Positions 19,006 to 31,400 of a stretch of 64,000 nucleotides of DNA are shown here, one piece after another. This DNA is from an uncultured Verrucomicrobiae bacterium (GTDB lineage Bacteria > Verrucomicrobiota > Verrucomicrobiia > Chthoniobacterales > UBA10450): NCBI GenBank assembly GCA_963726745.1, contig CAVSDR010000003.1, forward strand, positions 512,001-576,000. The letters are read 5' to 3'. A program made the position numbers and the translations under genes. The notes under the pieces were generated by a model. It did no database searches, was not told where the DNA came from, and worked only from the letters and a program-made list of their open reading frames with translations. Position 1 is the stretch's first letter, and each line of letters opens with the position of its first letter.

Positions 19006-20506
19006 CTATTTCCCCAGCTCGTAGAGATATTCCACAAACGACATCGCCGCCCCGTCGAAGCCTTGGATCTTCGGGTTCGCTCGACTCGATCAGGTAATAC
19101 TCATCCGGCGCGTGCGCCCCACTGCCGTGGCCGAGGCCGAAGTGCCCCGAGGCGAGGCTGAGCGGCGCATTCGTGAAGACGTAACCCGGATACGAACCGG
19201 CGTTGCGGGGCCACATGATCGCCTCAATCCCCATGCCCTTGAGCGTGGCGATCTGCGCCTGGATCAGAGGCGCGCTCGCCGGCGTGCTCGTCGGATCGTA
19301 GCCGCCGCTCATGTTTACCTCGATGTCGCCAAAGCCCTTCTTCTGCAGGTGCGCTTTCAACGCCGCGATCGCCCCGTCCGCGGTCATGCCGGGAACCAGC
19401 CGCAGGTCGAGCTTCGCCTCCGCGCGATGCGGCAGCACCGTCTTCCCGCCGGGCCCGGTGTAACCCGCGACCAAACCCTCGATGTTCACCGTCGGCTGCG
19501 ATTCCAGCCGCTCGTTCGCCTCCACCCACGGGAGGTCGCCGATCCATTTTTTCACCCCGAGCTGCTCCTTGCTCTGCGCTTCGCTACGAATCTTGGCCGC
19601 GTCCGCGATCATCTTTTTCTCCTCCGCGCTGATCGGCGTTGGCTTCGGATAACCCTCGATCGCGATCTCGTTCCCATCGTCCGAAACGAGGGTGTCGAGC
19701 GCCTTCACTAAATGCCAGACCGGGCTGTCGACCATCGCCTTGAGCGACGAGTGGATGTCTTTCGCCGGGCCGCGGCCCCACTTTTCGCCGCTGGCAATGA
19801 GCTGGACCTCGATCACGCCTTTCGCGCCCAGGCTCACCTGCACGTTGCCCTCGCGATCCTGCGTCGCCGAGGGCATGAAAACGCCGACTGTTTTCTTCAA
19901 GGCCGCTTCCACTTCCGGCGTGTGCACGATCTGGCCGATGTGCGGCGAGCCGATCTCCTCCTCGCCTTCCGCCACCAGGACGATGTTTACCGGCATGGTT
20001 TTGCCCGCGCCCTTGATCGCGTGCAGCGCCGCGAGCAACGCGGCCTGCGGACCCTTTTGGTTGACCGCGCCGCGGCCGACGATCGCCTTGCCCAGACCGG
20101 GCTTGTCGACCAGCGCGGCATCGAGCGGGGGCGAGGTCCACTCCTTCGGGTCGAATTGCTTCACGTCATACATGAAATAAAGGCCCACGGTGTTCTTCGC
20201 GCCCGCATCGAGCGTAGCGAAGACGCCCGGCTTGCCCTCGGTCTTGATCACTTTCGCCTGCTGAAAGCCGGCCTCCTTGGCCAGCTTCATCATATACTCA
20301 GCGCCTTCTGCGGAATTCAGATCCTCCGCCGCGATCGAGGGCAGCTTGATCCAATCTTGCAGGCGCTTGACCGCTTCGTCGTGGCGCTTGGCGATCTCCG
20401 CCTTGATCGGCGCGAGGTCGGTCTCGGCAGCTCGCAGCGGCGGCGCGAAAGTGCTGGCTAAGGCGAATACGGAGAGGGTGGATGCGACGAGGAAAGTTCG
20501 ACTCAT
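19006..20506 (-). CDS. M20/M25/M40 family metallo-hydrolase, secreted; one extra base near 19080
   Basis: GRGAVNQKG, EGEEEIGS, DIHS and AHAPDEY motifs; the corrected C-terminus reads NPKIQGFDGAAMSFVEYLYELGK-stop(19006). Confidence 0.88.
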
Positions 20507-20589
20507 GACGTTGGATATCGACCTCGCCGCGCCGCGGCGCAACCGCCTAAAGGCATGGACTCGTTAGCCGGGCAGCGCATACTTCCCGC

Positions 20590-21720
20590 ATGGAGAAAGC
20601 GAACGTCAGCCGGGCCAGCTTCCGCACCGCCTTTGTTCTCCTGCTCGTGCTCGGCGTCTCGCTGCTTTTTCTCGCGGTCATCTGGCCGTTTGCGAAGCCG
20701 CTCCTCCTGGGCGCACTGCTCGCCGGCCTCTTCCGTCCGCTCTACCACTGGACCCTGCGCCGCCTCGGCGGGCGCGAATCGCTCGCCGCCGCGCTCACCC
20801 TCCTGATGTTGTTCCTTCTCATCGTCGGCCCGATCAGCGCCTTTCTCGGCGTGGTCGTGCAACAGGCGGTGAGCGTCAGCACGGAGGCGCTGCCTTGGGT
20901 GCAGGATCACCTCGGCTCAGCCAGCGCTTTCAACGCGCACGATTGGCTCGTGGGCCGCTTCCCGAGCGTGGCCAATTACATCCCGCAGCAGGAACGAATC
21001 GCCGCCAACGCCGCGCGCCTGGCCAAGGCGGCCGGCAGCTTCCTGGTGGCCGGGGCGACCCAGTTCACCGCCGGCACCGCGGCCTTTCTCCTCGATCTTT
21101 TCGTGATGCTTTACGCGATGTTTTTCTTCCTGCGCGACGGCCGGAAAATAATCGAGCGCGTCTTCTATTACATCCCGCTCGATCATCGCGACGAGTCCCG
21201 CCTGCTCGAGCGCCTTTCCTCGGTCACGCGGGCCACGGTCAAGGGCACGCTCGTCATCGGCATCATCCAGGGCGCGCTCGCCGGGCTCGCCTTCTGGGCT
21301 GTGGGTCTCGACGGCGCGGCCTTTTGGGGAACGCTCATGGCGCTCCTCTCAGTGGTGCCCGGGATTGGTTCCGCGCTCATCTGGGTGCCCGCAGTCATCT
21401 ATCTCTACGTCATCGGCGAAACCTTGCGCGCCACCTTGCTCCTCGCCTGGTGCGCCGCCGTCGTCGGCACGATCGATAACGTCCTCCGCCCCACCCTCGT
21501 GGGGAAAGATGCCAAGATGCCTGACCTTCTGATCCTCGTGGGCACCCTCGGTGGCCTCTATCTCTTCGGGCCCATGGGCTTCATCGTCGGCCCGCTGGTC
21601 TGCGGACTTTTCCTGACCGTCTGGGGCATCTACGGGACCACCTTCAAAGACATCCTCCCGTCAGTCCGTAATCTCGAGACCGGCCAACTCGAAAAGCCCA
21701 CCGATACCATGCGCGACTAG
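20590..21720 (+). CDS. AI-2E family transporter
   Basis: Multi-TM protein with FFFLRDG, IDNVLRP and GFIVGP motifs. Confidence 0.9.
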   Translation: MEKANVSRASFRTAFVLLLVLGVSLLFLAVIWPFAKPLLLGALLAGLFRPLYHWTLRRLGGRESLAAALTLLMLFLLIVGPISAFLGVVVQQAVSVSTEALPWVQDHLGSASAFNAHDWLVGRFPSVANYIPQQERIAANAARLAKAAGSFLVAGATQFTAGTAAFLLDLFVMLYAMFFFLRDGRKIIERVFYYIPLDHRDESRLLERLSSVTRATVKGTLVIGIIQGALAGLAFWAVGLDGAAFWGTLMALLSVVPGIGSALIWVPAVIYLYVIGETLRATLLLAWCAAVVGTIDNVLRPTLVGKDAKMPDLLILVGTLGGLYLFGPMGFIVGPLVCGLFLTVWGIYGTTFKDILPSVRNLETGQLEKPTDTMRD

Positions 21721-23858
21721 AGCAGAAGACTTTCCTGCTGCGGCGCTTTCGTCTCGGCGGTCACGCCGGCAAATTTCTTCACCAGGTCGTCCAGCTTCCC
21801 GACGTAGTAGTCGACATTTTCATCGCGCGCCTGCGGGTCGAAGTCGCTGGCTAATTTCGCCGCCTCATAGGCCGCGACCTTCTTCGGCGTGGCCTTGATG
21901 TAGTAGCTGATCTGGTCGCCCGGCTTGTAGTTCCGGCCGCTGGCCAGTGCGAGTTCGTAGGCCGCCGCGCGGTTCCGCCCGCCGCCGCCGATCTTCGCGC
22001 GATACTTGTCGAGCGAGTCCTGGAGCGTGTCCGTCTTCATGAGCAACTCGATCGGCATCTCGCCGCTCCGCATCCGCTGCTCGTATTGTTCGCGCAGTTC
22101 CGGGATCGACTCCGGTTTCCCCTGCATCAGGAGCTTGATCATCTCCTCGAGGAAGACGCGCTGGAATTTCTCCAGCCCGCGCGACTTGAGCGCGCCGCCC
22201 TTGATGATCACCTCGCCGTCCTTCGCGAGGAGCGCGTAGTTCTTCGCCTTGTAGCTGAACATCGCCTCGAATTGCTCGTCGAACTCCACCTCGATCCCTG
22301 GCGGCAGCTCCTTGCCTAACGAGTCGCGCAACTGCTCCGCGTCCGCTTTCGGCGGCGGGACAAAATAAATTCCGTCGGTGTCGACCTCGATTACCTGCGC
22401 GCCCTGCGCCTTCAGCCATTCGATCATCTGTCGGAGCAGGTCGCGCCCGATCTGGGTCACGCGCGCGGCCGCGTCGAAGTCGGCGAAGTTCCCCTGCGCG
22501 AAGCCGAGGTAGCCGTAGAAGCTGTTGATCAGGATTTTGAAAGTGTTCTGGAGCGCGTGGAAATGCCGCTGCCGCGCGGTGTCCTTCTCCGCGCGCATGC
22601 TCGCTTTCGCCTCCAGCCGAAAGGTGCGCAGATCGGTCAACAGATGCCGGAAGATCTGCAGCTGGTCGGTCGTCGGGAAGCAATCGAACTGCAGCATCAC
22701 GCTCGGGTAAAGCGAAGCGATGTCGCAATGCCAGACATCGCGCGCCACGCCAGTAAAGAAGATGTCGGTGTAGCCGCCCTCGAAGCCGCGCGCCGTCGGC
22801 ATCTCCGGGATGCTATGGCGCTGGCGCAGGTATTCGCGCAGGAAGAGCGCATTGATCCGGGTGGCGTTTCCGCGCACGATCACGTCCTGGTAGTTGTAGG
22901 GAAAAATTTGCGCCTGGATGAAGTAGCTTGGGCTCAGTAACTCCGCGATCGCCCTTGTTTCCCGCACCGCGCAGAGCGCCGGAGCTTCCGCTTTTTCGCA
23001 GAACCCGAAATGCTGCGCCACGTCCGCCCGCTCGAAGCCGCTGAGCGCGCGCATCCCGACGTCGTAAAACTGCGCGAGCAGGAAAGTGTCGACAAAATGC
23101 CGGCCATCGACCGCGAACTTCGGGTAATCGATCGTCTTCTCCGCGATCTGCAGGCGCGACGGGCGCGAACGGAGGAAGCCACCACTCCGGCCCCAGTCGA
23201 GCTTGGTCTTCGCCTTGCGTGCGCGGGCCACGAGATACGGCAGATCGAAGCGAAAGAGGTCGTGCCCCTCAATCACGTCCGGATCGCGCTCCTTGATCAG
23301 ACTCGTTAGGCGCTTGATCGCCGCGTGCTCGGACGCCTCGGCGTTGTCCGCGTCGATCACGATCAACTCCTCCCAGCCGCTGTTATCCGAAAGCGCGATG
23401 CTGGCGATGGGCTGCTGCGAGGCTTCGGCCAGATCGCCTTCGCCGGAGAGCGGAATAATCTCGAGCTGCAAGCGCTTCAATTCCTCCAACGCCATCCCCT
23501 TGAAAAGCGTGCGCCCGGTCGCGCTCAAGTAGTGTTGCACCGGATCGCTCAGGGCAAAGAAGTCGCGCCCGGCTTTCTTCAAGCCATTGCGCAGCGCGAT
23601 CAATTCCTTCCAGCTCTCGACCGTGACCAGCCAGTTGTAGCGCAAGTCGCCGGCTAATTTCTCAGCGTTCGTTAGGCCGAGATCGGCCACGTCGCCATCG
23701 GCCCAGAGGAAAGGCCGGAAGGGCTCGACCTCGACCGCCGTGCTGCCATCCTTTTCCCGGCGGTAAACCCGCATCGTGCCGGTGTCGCCTAGCTCGAGCG
23801 CGACGATGCGCGCGCTCGGGTCCGCGCCGAAGAGCAATTGGTTGTCCTCGAAAGCCAC
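21717..23858 (-). CDS. polB: Family B DNA polymerase with a degenerate 3'-5' exonuclease domain
   Basis: Polymerase motifs DIASLYPS, KILINSFYG and DTDG are intact; exonuclease motifs are altered (see findings). Confidence 0.88.
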   Translation of the reverse strand: MAFEDNQLLFGADPSARIVALELGDTGTMRVYRREKDGSTAVEVEPFRPFLWADGDVADLGLTNAEKLAGDLRYNWLVTVESWKELIALRNGLKKAGRDFFALSDPVQHYLSATGRTLFKGMALEELKRLQLEIIPLSGEGDLAEASQQPIASIALSDNSGWEELIVIDADNAEASEHAAIKRLTSLIKERDPDVIEGHDLFRFDLPYLVARARKAKTKLDWGRSGGFLRSRPSRLQIAEKTIDYPKFAVDGRHFVDTFLLAQFYDVGMRALSGFERADVAQHFGFCEKAEAPALCAVRETRAIAELLSPSYFIQAQIFPYNYQDVIVRGNATRINALFLREYLRQRHSIPEMPTARGFEGGYTDIFFTGVARDVWHCDIASLYPSVMLQFDCFPTTDQLQIFRHLLTDLRTFRLEAKASMRAEKDTARQRHFHALQNTFKILINSFYGYLGFAQGNFADFDAAARVTQIGRDLLRQMIEWLKAQGAQVIEVDTDGIYFVPPPKADAEQLRDSLGKELPPGIEVEFDEQFEAMFSYKAKNYALLAKDGEVIIKGGALKSRGLEKFQRVFLEEMIKLLMQGKPESIPELREQYEQRMRSGEMPIELLMKTDTLQDSLDKYRAKIGGGGRNRAAAYELALASGRNYKPGDQISYYIKATPKKVAAYEAAKLASDFDPQARDENVDYYVGKLDDLVKKFAGVTAETKAPQQESLLL

Positions 23859-23915
23859 GGTGGACGGTGCCCGACTTCCCCGCCGCTGACAACCGTGCGC
23901 GCGCCGCCGGCGCGC

Positions 23916-25158
<1,243 letters not shown>

Positions 25159-25175
<17 letters not shown>

Positions 25176-26745
25176 AGCCAGGGAGAGTGAGGAATTCCGC
25201 AAAGTCATCGTCGGTCGTGATCCGGTCGAACAGCTCCCGCGCGTCTTCAAAACGGTCGCCTTCAAAGCGTTTCACCCGGCCGAGTTCCTCGGCGAGCACG
25301 CTCCGGAAAAGCTCCTTCGTCACCTTCCGCCCGTCATCGAGTTTGCCTTCGGGATGGCGAATCCATTGCCAGACCTGCGCGCGCGAGATCTCCGCAGTGG
25401 CGGCGTCTTCCATCAAATTAAACAGCGGGACGGCGCCGCTCCCGCGCAGCCACGCTTCGAGGTATTGCACCCCCACGCTGATGTTCTGCCGCAGGCCGGC
25501 CTCGGTGATCGGGCCGCTCGGGCCAAAGTCCAACAAGTCGTTAGCCGACACTTTCACCTCGGCGCGCGCGCGGTCGATTTGGTTCGGCTCGGGCATCGCC
25601 GCGTTGAAAGCCTCGAGCGCGAGCTGGACCATGCCGGGGTGCGCCACCCAGGTGCCGTCGTGCCCGTCGGCCGCCTCGCGCTCCTTGTCGGTGCGCACCT
25701 TGGCAAAGGCGGCCGCGTTCGCGGTCTCGTCGTTTTTCACCGGGATCTGCGCGGCCATGCCGCCCATCGCGAAGGTCTTGCGCCGGTGACAGGTCTGGAT
25801 GCAGAGGAGCGAATAGGAATGCATGAAATGCGTCGTCATCGTGATCAAGCCGCGGTCGCCTAACAAGAAGTCGGGCTTGTTCCGGAAACGCTTGATGCAG
25901 GAGAAAATGTAATCCCAGCGGCCGCAGTTCAGCCCGGCGGAATGCTCGCGCAGCTCGTAGAGAATTTCGTCCATCTCGAAGGCGGCCGGGATGGTCTCGA
26001 TGAGCACGGTCGCGCGGATGGAACCTTGCGGCAGACCCAGTTCCTCCTGCGCGAGCCGGAAGACGTCGTTCCAGATTCGGGCCTCGAGATGGCTCTCCAT
26101 CTTCGGCAGATAAAAATACGGGCCGCTCCCGCGCGCGCGCAGTTCCTGCGCGTTGTGAAAGAAGTAGAGCCCGAAGTCGAAGAGCCCGCCGCTGACCGGC
26201 GCGCCATCGACCAGGAGGTGCTTCTCCACCAGGTGCCAACCGCGCGGCCTAACGAGCAAAGTCGCTGTCTGTTCCTTGAGGCGGTATTCTTTCCCCGCGG
26301 GATTGGTGAAGCTGATCGTGCGCCGAATGGCATCGCGCAGATTGATCTGCCCCTCGACCATGTTTTCCCACGTGGGCGAGTTCGCATCCTCGAAATCGGC
26401 CATGAACATTTTCGCGCCGGAGTTGAGCGCGTTGATCACCATCTTGCGATCGGTCGGGCCGGTGATCTCGACGCGGCGATCGCGCAGGTCGGCCGGGATG
26501 GAGGCGCAGGTCCAGTCGTCTTCGCGGATCGCTTTGGTTTCCGCGAGGAAATCGAGCGTGCCGCCCGCGTCGAGCATCGCCTGGCGTTCCTGCCGACGCT
26601 CGAGCGCTTCGCGGCGGCGGGCATCGAAGGCGCGATGCAACTTCGCGACGAAGGCGAGCGCCTCCGGCGTGAGGATTTCCGCAAAGCCGGGACGGAGCGC
26701 GCCGCGCACTTCAACGCCGGGAGGAAGCTTGGGATCGTGAGCCAT
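25159..26745 (-). CDS. aceB: Malate synthase A
   Basis: [30 protein letters not shown] and [11 protein letters not shown] motifs. Confidence 0.96.
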
Positions 26746-26835
26746 AGGTTCACTAACGAATCGCCTGCGCCGGAGTCTTCGCGCTCATCTGCATCCCGTT
26801 TGGCGAGGCGCGCAACCTTGCGTATGCTCGCGGCC

Positions 26836-28173
26836 ATGAAGCTTCGCCTCCTTTTCGTGGCCGCGCTCGCGCCCGCGCTCTCCACCTTCGCCCAGCAGAC
26901 CCCGCAACAGATCGCGGAGGCGGAGTTGCCCTCGCTCCTCACGATCTACAAGGATCTCCATGCGCATCCGGAATTGTCCGGGCATGAGGAGAAATCTTCT
27001 GCGCTGATCGCGAAGGAACTGAAGGCGCTCGGCGTCGAGGTGACGGAGAAGGTGGGGAAATACGAAAAGCCGGGGAGCGTTCCTTTCGGTGTCGTGGGCG
27101 TGATGAAGAACGGCGCCGGCCCGACCGTGCTCGTGCGCACCGATATGGACGCGCTCCCGGTAGAGGAGGAAACCGGCCTGCCCTACGCGAGCAAGGACAC
27201 GGCGAAGAACGACGAAGGCAAGGAAGTAAAAGTGATGCAGGCCTGCGGACACGACATTCACATGTCGTCGTTTATCGGCGTAGCCCGCGCCCTTGCGAAG
27301 CTGAAGGATCAGTGGAAAGGGACGATCATTTTCGTGGGACAACCGGCGGAAGAACTCGGCACCGGCGCCCGCGCGATGCTGAACGACGGCCTCTACACCC
27401 GCTGGCCAAAGCCGGATTTTGCCATCGGATTTCATGACAAGGCCGACCTGCCCGCGGGGAAAATCGGCGTGACCGAAGGCTACACCTACGCGGCGGTGGA
27501 TTCGGTCGACGTGACCGTGCACGGCATCGGCGGCCACGGCGCCTACCCGCACAAGACGAAAGACCCGGTGGTCATGGCGGCGGAGATGGTCATGCTCTGG
27601 CAGACGATCGCCTCCCGCGAAAACAACCCACTCGACCCCGTGGTCGTAACCGTCGGCTCGATCCACGGCGGGACGAAGCACAACATCATTTCCAACGAAG
27701 TGAAGATGCAGCTGACGGTGCGCACTTATAAGAAGGAAGTGCGCGACCGGGTGCTGGCTGCGATCGCGCGGATCGCCAAAGGCGTAGGTGTCGCCGCCGG
27801 CCTGCCGGACGACAAGCTCCCGCAAGTGACGGTGCGCGAGGGCGAGTTTACACCTGCGACTTACAACAATCCCGAGCTGACCAAGCGCCTCGTGGCCGTG
27901 TGGAAGAAGTCGTTAGGCGCGGACAACGTCGAGATGGTCGATGCGACCATGGGCGGCGAGGATTTCTCGGAGTATAGCCTGCCGGATCACTCCATCCCGG
28001 CGGTAGATTTTCACGTGGGCGCGGTCGCACCGGAAACGATCGCCGCCGCGCAAAAGAACGGCACTTCGCTTCCCAGCCTGCACTCGAGCAAATTCGCGCC
28101 CGTGCCCGAGCCGACCATCCGCACGGCCGTGATCGGCGTGACCGCCGCGGTGCTCGACTTGATGAAAAAGTAG
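26836..28173 (+). CDS. M20D family amidohydrolase, secreted
   Basis: HAHPELS, RTDMDALP, ACGHDIH, QPAEE, GGHGAYPH and MGGEDF motifs; signal peptide MKLRLLFVAALAPALSTFA. Confidence 0.9.
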   Translation: MKLRLLFVAALAPALSTFAQQTPQQIAEAELPSLLTIYKDLHAHPELSGHEEKSSALIAKELKALGVEVTEKVGKYEKPGSVPFGVVGVMKNGAGPTVLVRTDMDALPVEEETGLPYASKDTAKNDEGKEVKVMQACGHDIHMSSFIGVARALAKLKDQWKGTIIFVGQPAEELGTGARAMLNDGLYTRWPKPDFAIGFHDKADLPAGKIGVTEGYTYAAVDSVDVTVHGIGGHGAYPHKTKDPVVMAAEMVMLWQTIASRENNPLDPVVVTVGSIHGGTKHNIISNEVKMQLTVRTYKKEVRDRVLAAIARIAKGVGVAAGLPDDKLPQVTVREGEFTPATYNNPELTKRLVAVWKKSLGADNVEMVDATMGGEDFSEYSLPDHSIPAVDFHVGAVAPETIAAAQKNGTSLPSLHSSKFAPVPEPTIRTAVIGVTAAVLDLMKK

Positions 28174-28458
28174 CGCGCCCACCCTGCGTGGGTCTTCCCT
28201 GCGCAGTTCCTTGGGTCGTCGTCATAGAAGTGCAAAAAATGCACCAATACGGCGCACCGATAGAGATTGCTTTTCTGGCGTCCGGCCGTCACGCTCGCGC
28301 TCACTAAGGAGGGCTCGACGCCCTGTGAAGTTTTCGATTCAGCGGCAGACTTTAACTCTCCTAAGCTCCCTGCGGCTGATGTGCCCGCGGGTTTTGGCAA
28401 ACGCTTGGACCGTCACCCGAAGTAAGCCGGTCGCACCGGCATTGTGCAGTTTCTTCGT

Positions 28459-31400
28459 ATGAAAGCTTTCACTGCAAAATATCGCTCGGGCTTGGTCGTT
28501 TTTTCGCTTCTTGGAGGTCTGGCCTTGCTGGCTCTCGCGCAGGGAGACTTCTTTAAGAAGTCAAGTAGGCCGGGCAGGAAGCTGAGTCGTAAGGAAGCCG
28601 CGGGAGACCATCCGGATGAAGCCCTGAGATTTCGTCAGCTGCAATTGCAGGATGAGAATGGCGAGATCGCGCCGGACGGGTTGCAGAAAGCGCTGGATCA
28701 AATGGCGGCCATGAACGTTGCCCAAGCCAGGGAAGCCAAAGCCTCCGGCCGGGCCGTGCCACCCAAGGTCGCCGGAATCGATCCCGGCGCATGGACTTGG
28801 CTGGGCCCGGGCAACATTGGCGGTCGCATCCGCTCGATGGTCATCGATCCCACCAATGCGAATAGAATTTGGGTCGGCAGTGTCGGCGGCGGCATCTGGC
28901 GTTCCACGGATGCCGGGGTGTCGTGGCAACCGGTGGCAGGTTTCAGCGCCAACCTCGCGGTATCGTCGATGGTGATCGATCCCACAAACGCCAGCGTGCT
29001 TTACGCCGGGACGGGCGAATCCTTTGCGGCGAACACGGGCTCGTCCGAAGGCCTGAACCCGGCCGCAAACGGACTCCGTGGAAACGGCGTCTACAAGTCG
29101 ACCGACGCGGGGGTTACTTGGAGCCAACTTCCGACCACAAGGCCGGGTGATCCCGCGGTGTGCGGCGGTGGACCAGCGCCGACCTCGGGTTGCCCGTGGT
29201 CCTACGTCAACCGTCTCGCCATTTCTCCGGATGGCAGCACTCTCTTGGCGGCGACTGTCAATGGCACCCAACGATCCACGGATGGCGGAGCGACCTGGAG
29301 CGCCACCCCCAGCTTTAGCGGCAACATCCAGGATTGCCGCTTCAGCCCGACGAACAGCGGCCGGGCCATTGCCTCGCGGCCTAGCCCGAGCGCGGCCAGA
29401 TATTCCACCGACGGGGGGCAAAGCTGGATTTCCGCCACCTTCACGCCCCCGCTTAACGCCAGCGCCGGCGGGACCGGGCGGATCGAGTTAGCTTACGCGC
29501 CGAGTAATCCTTCGATTGTCTACGCTTCGGTCGATCAATTCACCGGGGCAGCTCCTAATCAAACTCAGGGCGATATCTACAAGAGCCTCGACGGTGGACA
29601 GACCTACACCAGAGTGAATGCCTCGAACCCGGGCAATACCTTCCTCGGCGGGCAGGGCGGATATGACAACGTCATTTGGGTGAATCCCTTTAATCCTAAC
29701 TTTGTCGTCCTCGGCGGGATCAACATTTATCGCAGCACTGACGGGGGACTGAACTGGACTGCCATAGCCAATGGAGGAAACGGATCGGCTCATTCCGATC
29801 ACCATGGGATCTTCGCTTCGTCGAACTTCGATAACACGAGCAATAAAACCGTCTATTTCACAAACGACGGAGGCATCTACCGCGCGAATGATGTTTCCAC
29901 CGTCACTCTTACGAGCGGCTGGCAGGCGCTGAACAATACCCTGGGGGTCACCCAGTTCTACGGCGCAACCGCCAGCGCGGACGGTGTCATCGTCGGCGGC
30001 ACTCAAGACAACGGCACGGTCCGCTACACCGGTGATCCGCAAGCCTGGACAACTATGTTTGGCGGTGACGGCGGTTTCTGCGCCGCCGATCAGACCGATA
30101 ACACTTACTTCTACGGCGAGTACATCAATCTAGGAATCGTGCGAAGTAACGATGGCGGAGCTTCAGCGAGCTATATCTATTGCAACCCCGTTCCGACGTC
30201 TCCCAATGGCGGGCCCTGCACCGGCGCTGGAATTACCGACGCTTTCAACGGCGCCAACTTCATTGCACCCTTCATCCTCGATCCGAGCAACCAAACCACC
30301 ATGCTCGCGGGCGGCCTGAGTCTCTGGCGAAGTAACGATATCAAGGCGGCCGGTCTGCCCACGTGGGCCGCGGTTAAAGCCCCGACCGGAAATGCCAGCC
30401 CCGTTAGTGCAATTACCATCGCGCCGAACAACTCCGATTTTGTGGTTGTCGGGCACAACGACGGGCAAATCTTCCTGACCTTCAACGCCACCGCCGCCAG
30501 CCCGAACTGGAGCAAGGTAAGCAACGGCACCCCCGCTCGTTTCGTCACGCGCCTGGTGATCGATAGCACCCGCAGCCCGAATTGGATTTACGCCACTTTC
30601 GGGGGGTTTAGCTCGGACAACATTTATCGTTCTCAGGATTTCGGCGCCACCTGGACTTCCGTTGCAGGCGCCGGTGCGACCGGCGTCCCCAGCGTACCCG
30701 TCCGCAGCCTGGTGATTAATCCCCTGCGCGCAGATTATCTCTACGTCGGAACTGAAATTGGCGTCTTCGCCTCCGAGGATGCCGGGGCCACATGGAAGGT
30801 CCCGCACGACGGTCCAGCAAACGTTTCCGTCGATGAGTTATTCTGGCAAAAGAATAACCTAGTCGCGGTCACTCACGGCCGCGGCCTTTACCGTGCGGGC
30901 GCGAGCCTTAACTGGACGGGCTCGGGCAATACTAATCGCTGGTCGAACGCGGATAACTGGGGTCCGGCGCCGCCGGCCACCGGCGATACACTCGCTTTCG
31001 GGGCCTCTCCGCAAACGATGATTCTGGCGGATTTCAGTTCGCGCTTGACCTCTGATCCCGCCGCCAACGATCGGCAGCCGGCGCTAAGTCTCTCGTCGAT
31101 AACCTTCGCCAGCGGCGCGCCTCCTTACACGATCGAGCTTTATTCCGCTGTCACCGGCGGTTTCGTCTACAATGCAAACCTGATCCTGACCGGCCTTGGT
31201 GTAATCAACAATTCGGGCCAGGCGCAAAATTTCCTGCTCGATGCCGGCACCGTGGGCATCAATGCGCCGGCGGCGCCGGCCAGCACGATGACGTTCAGCA
31301 ACAGCGCCTCCGCTGGCAGCGCCACTTACACGCTCAAAGGCGGCGAGACCACCCAGTTGAATCCGGGCATCGGCCTGCTCCGCTCAGAGGCGGCCGCGCT

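Noticed and set aside
21717..23858. PolB as a marker of a prophage, casposon or pipolin
   Set aside because: No integrase, cas1, terminal repeats or phage genes; flanked by housekeeping genes with the same composition.
25942..26835. Apparent long N-terminal extensions or fusions (amidohydrolase, also fabF from 56008, murE from 49628, ftsQ from 38369, mglA from 59321)
   Set aside because: The extensions overlap neighbouring genes and are open-frame run-ons; downstream starts match the family N-termini.
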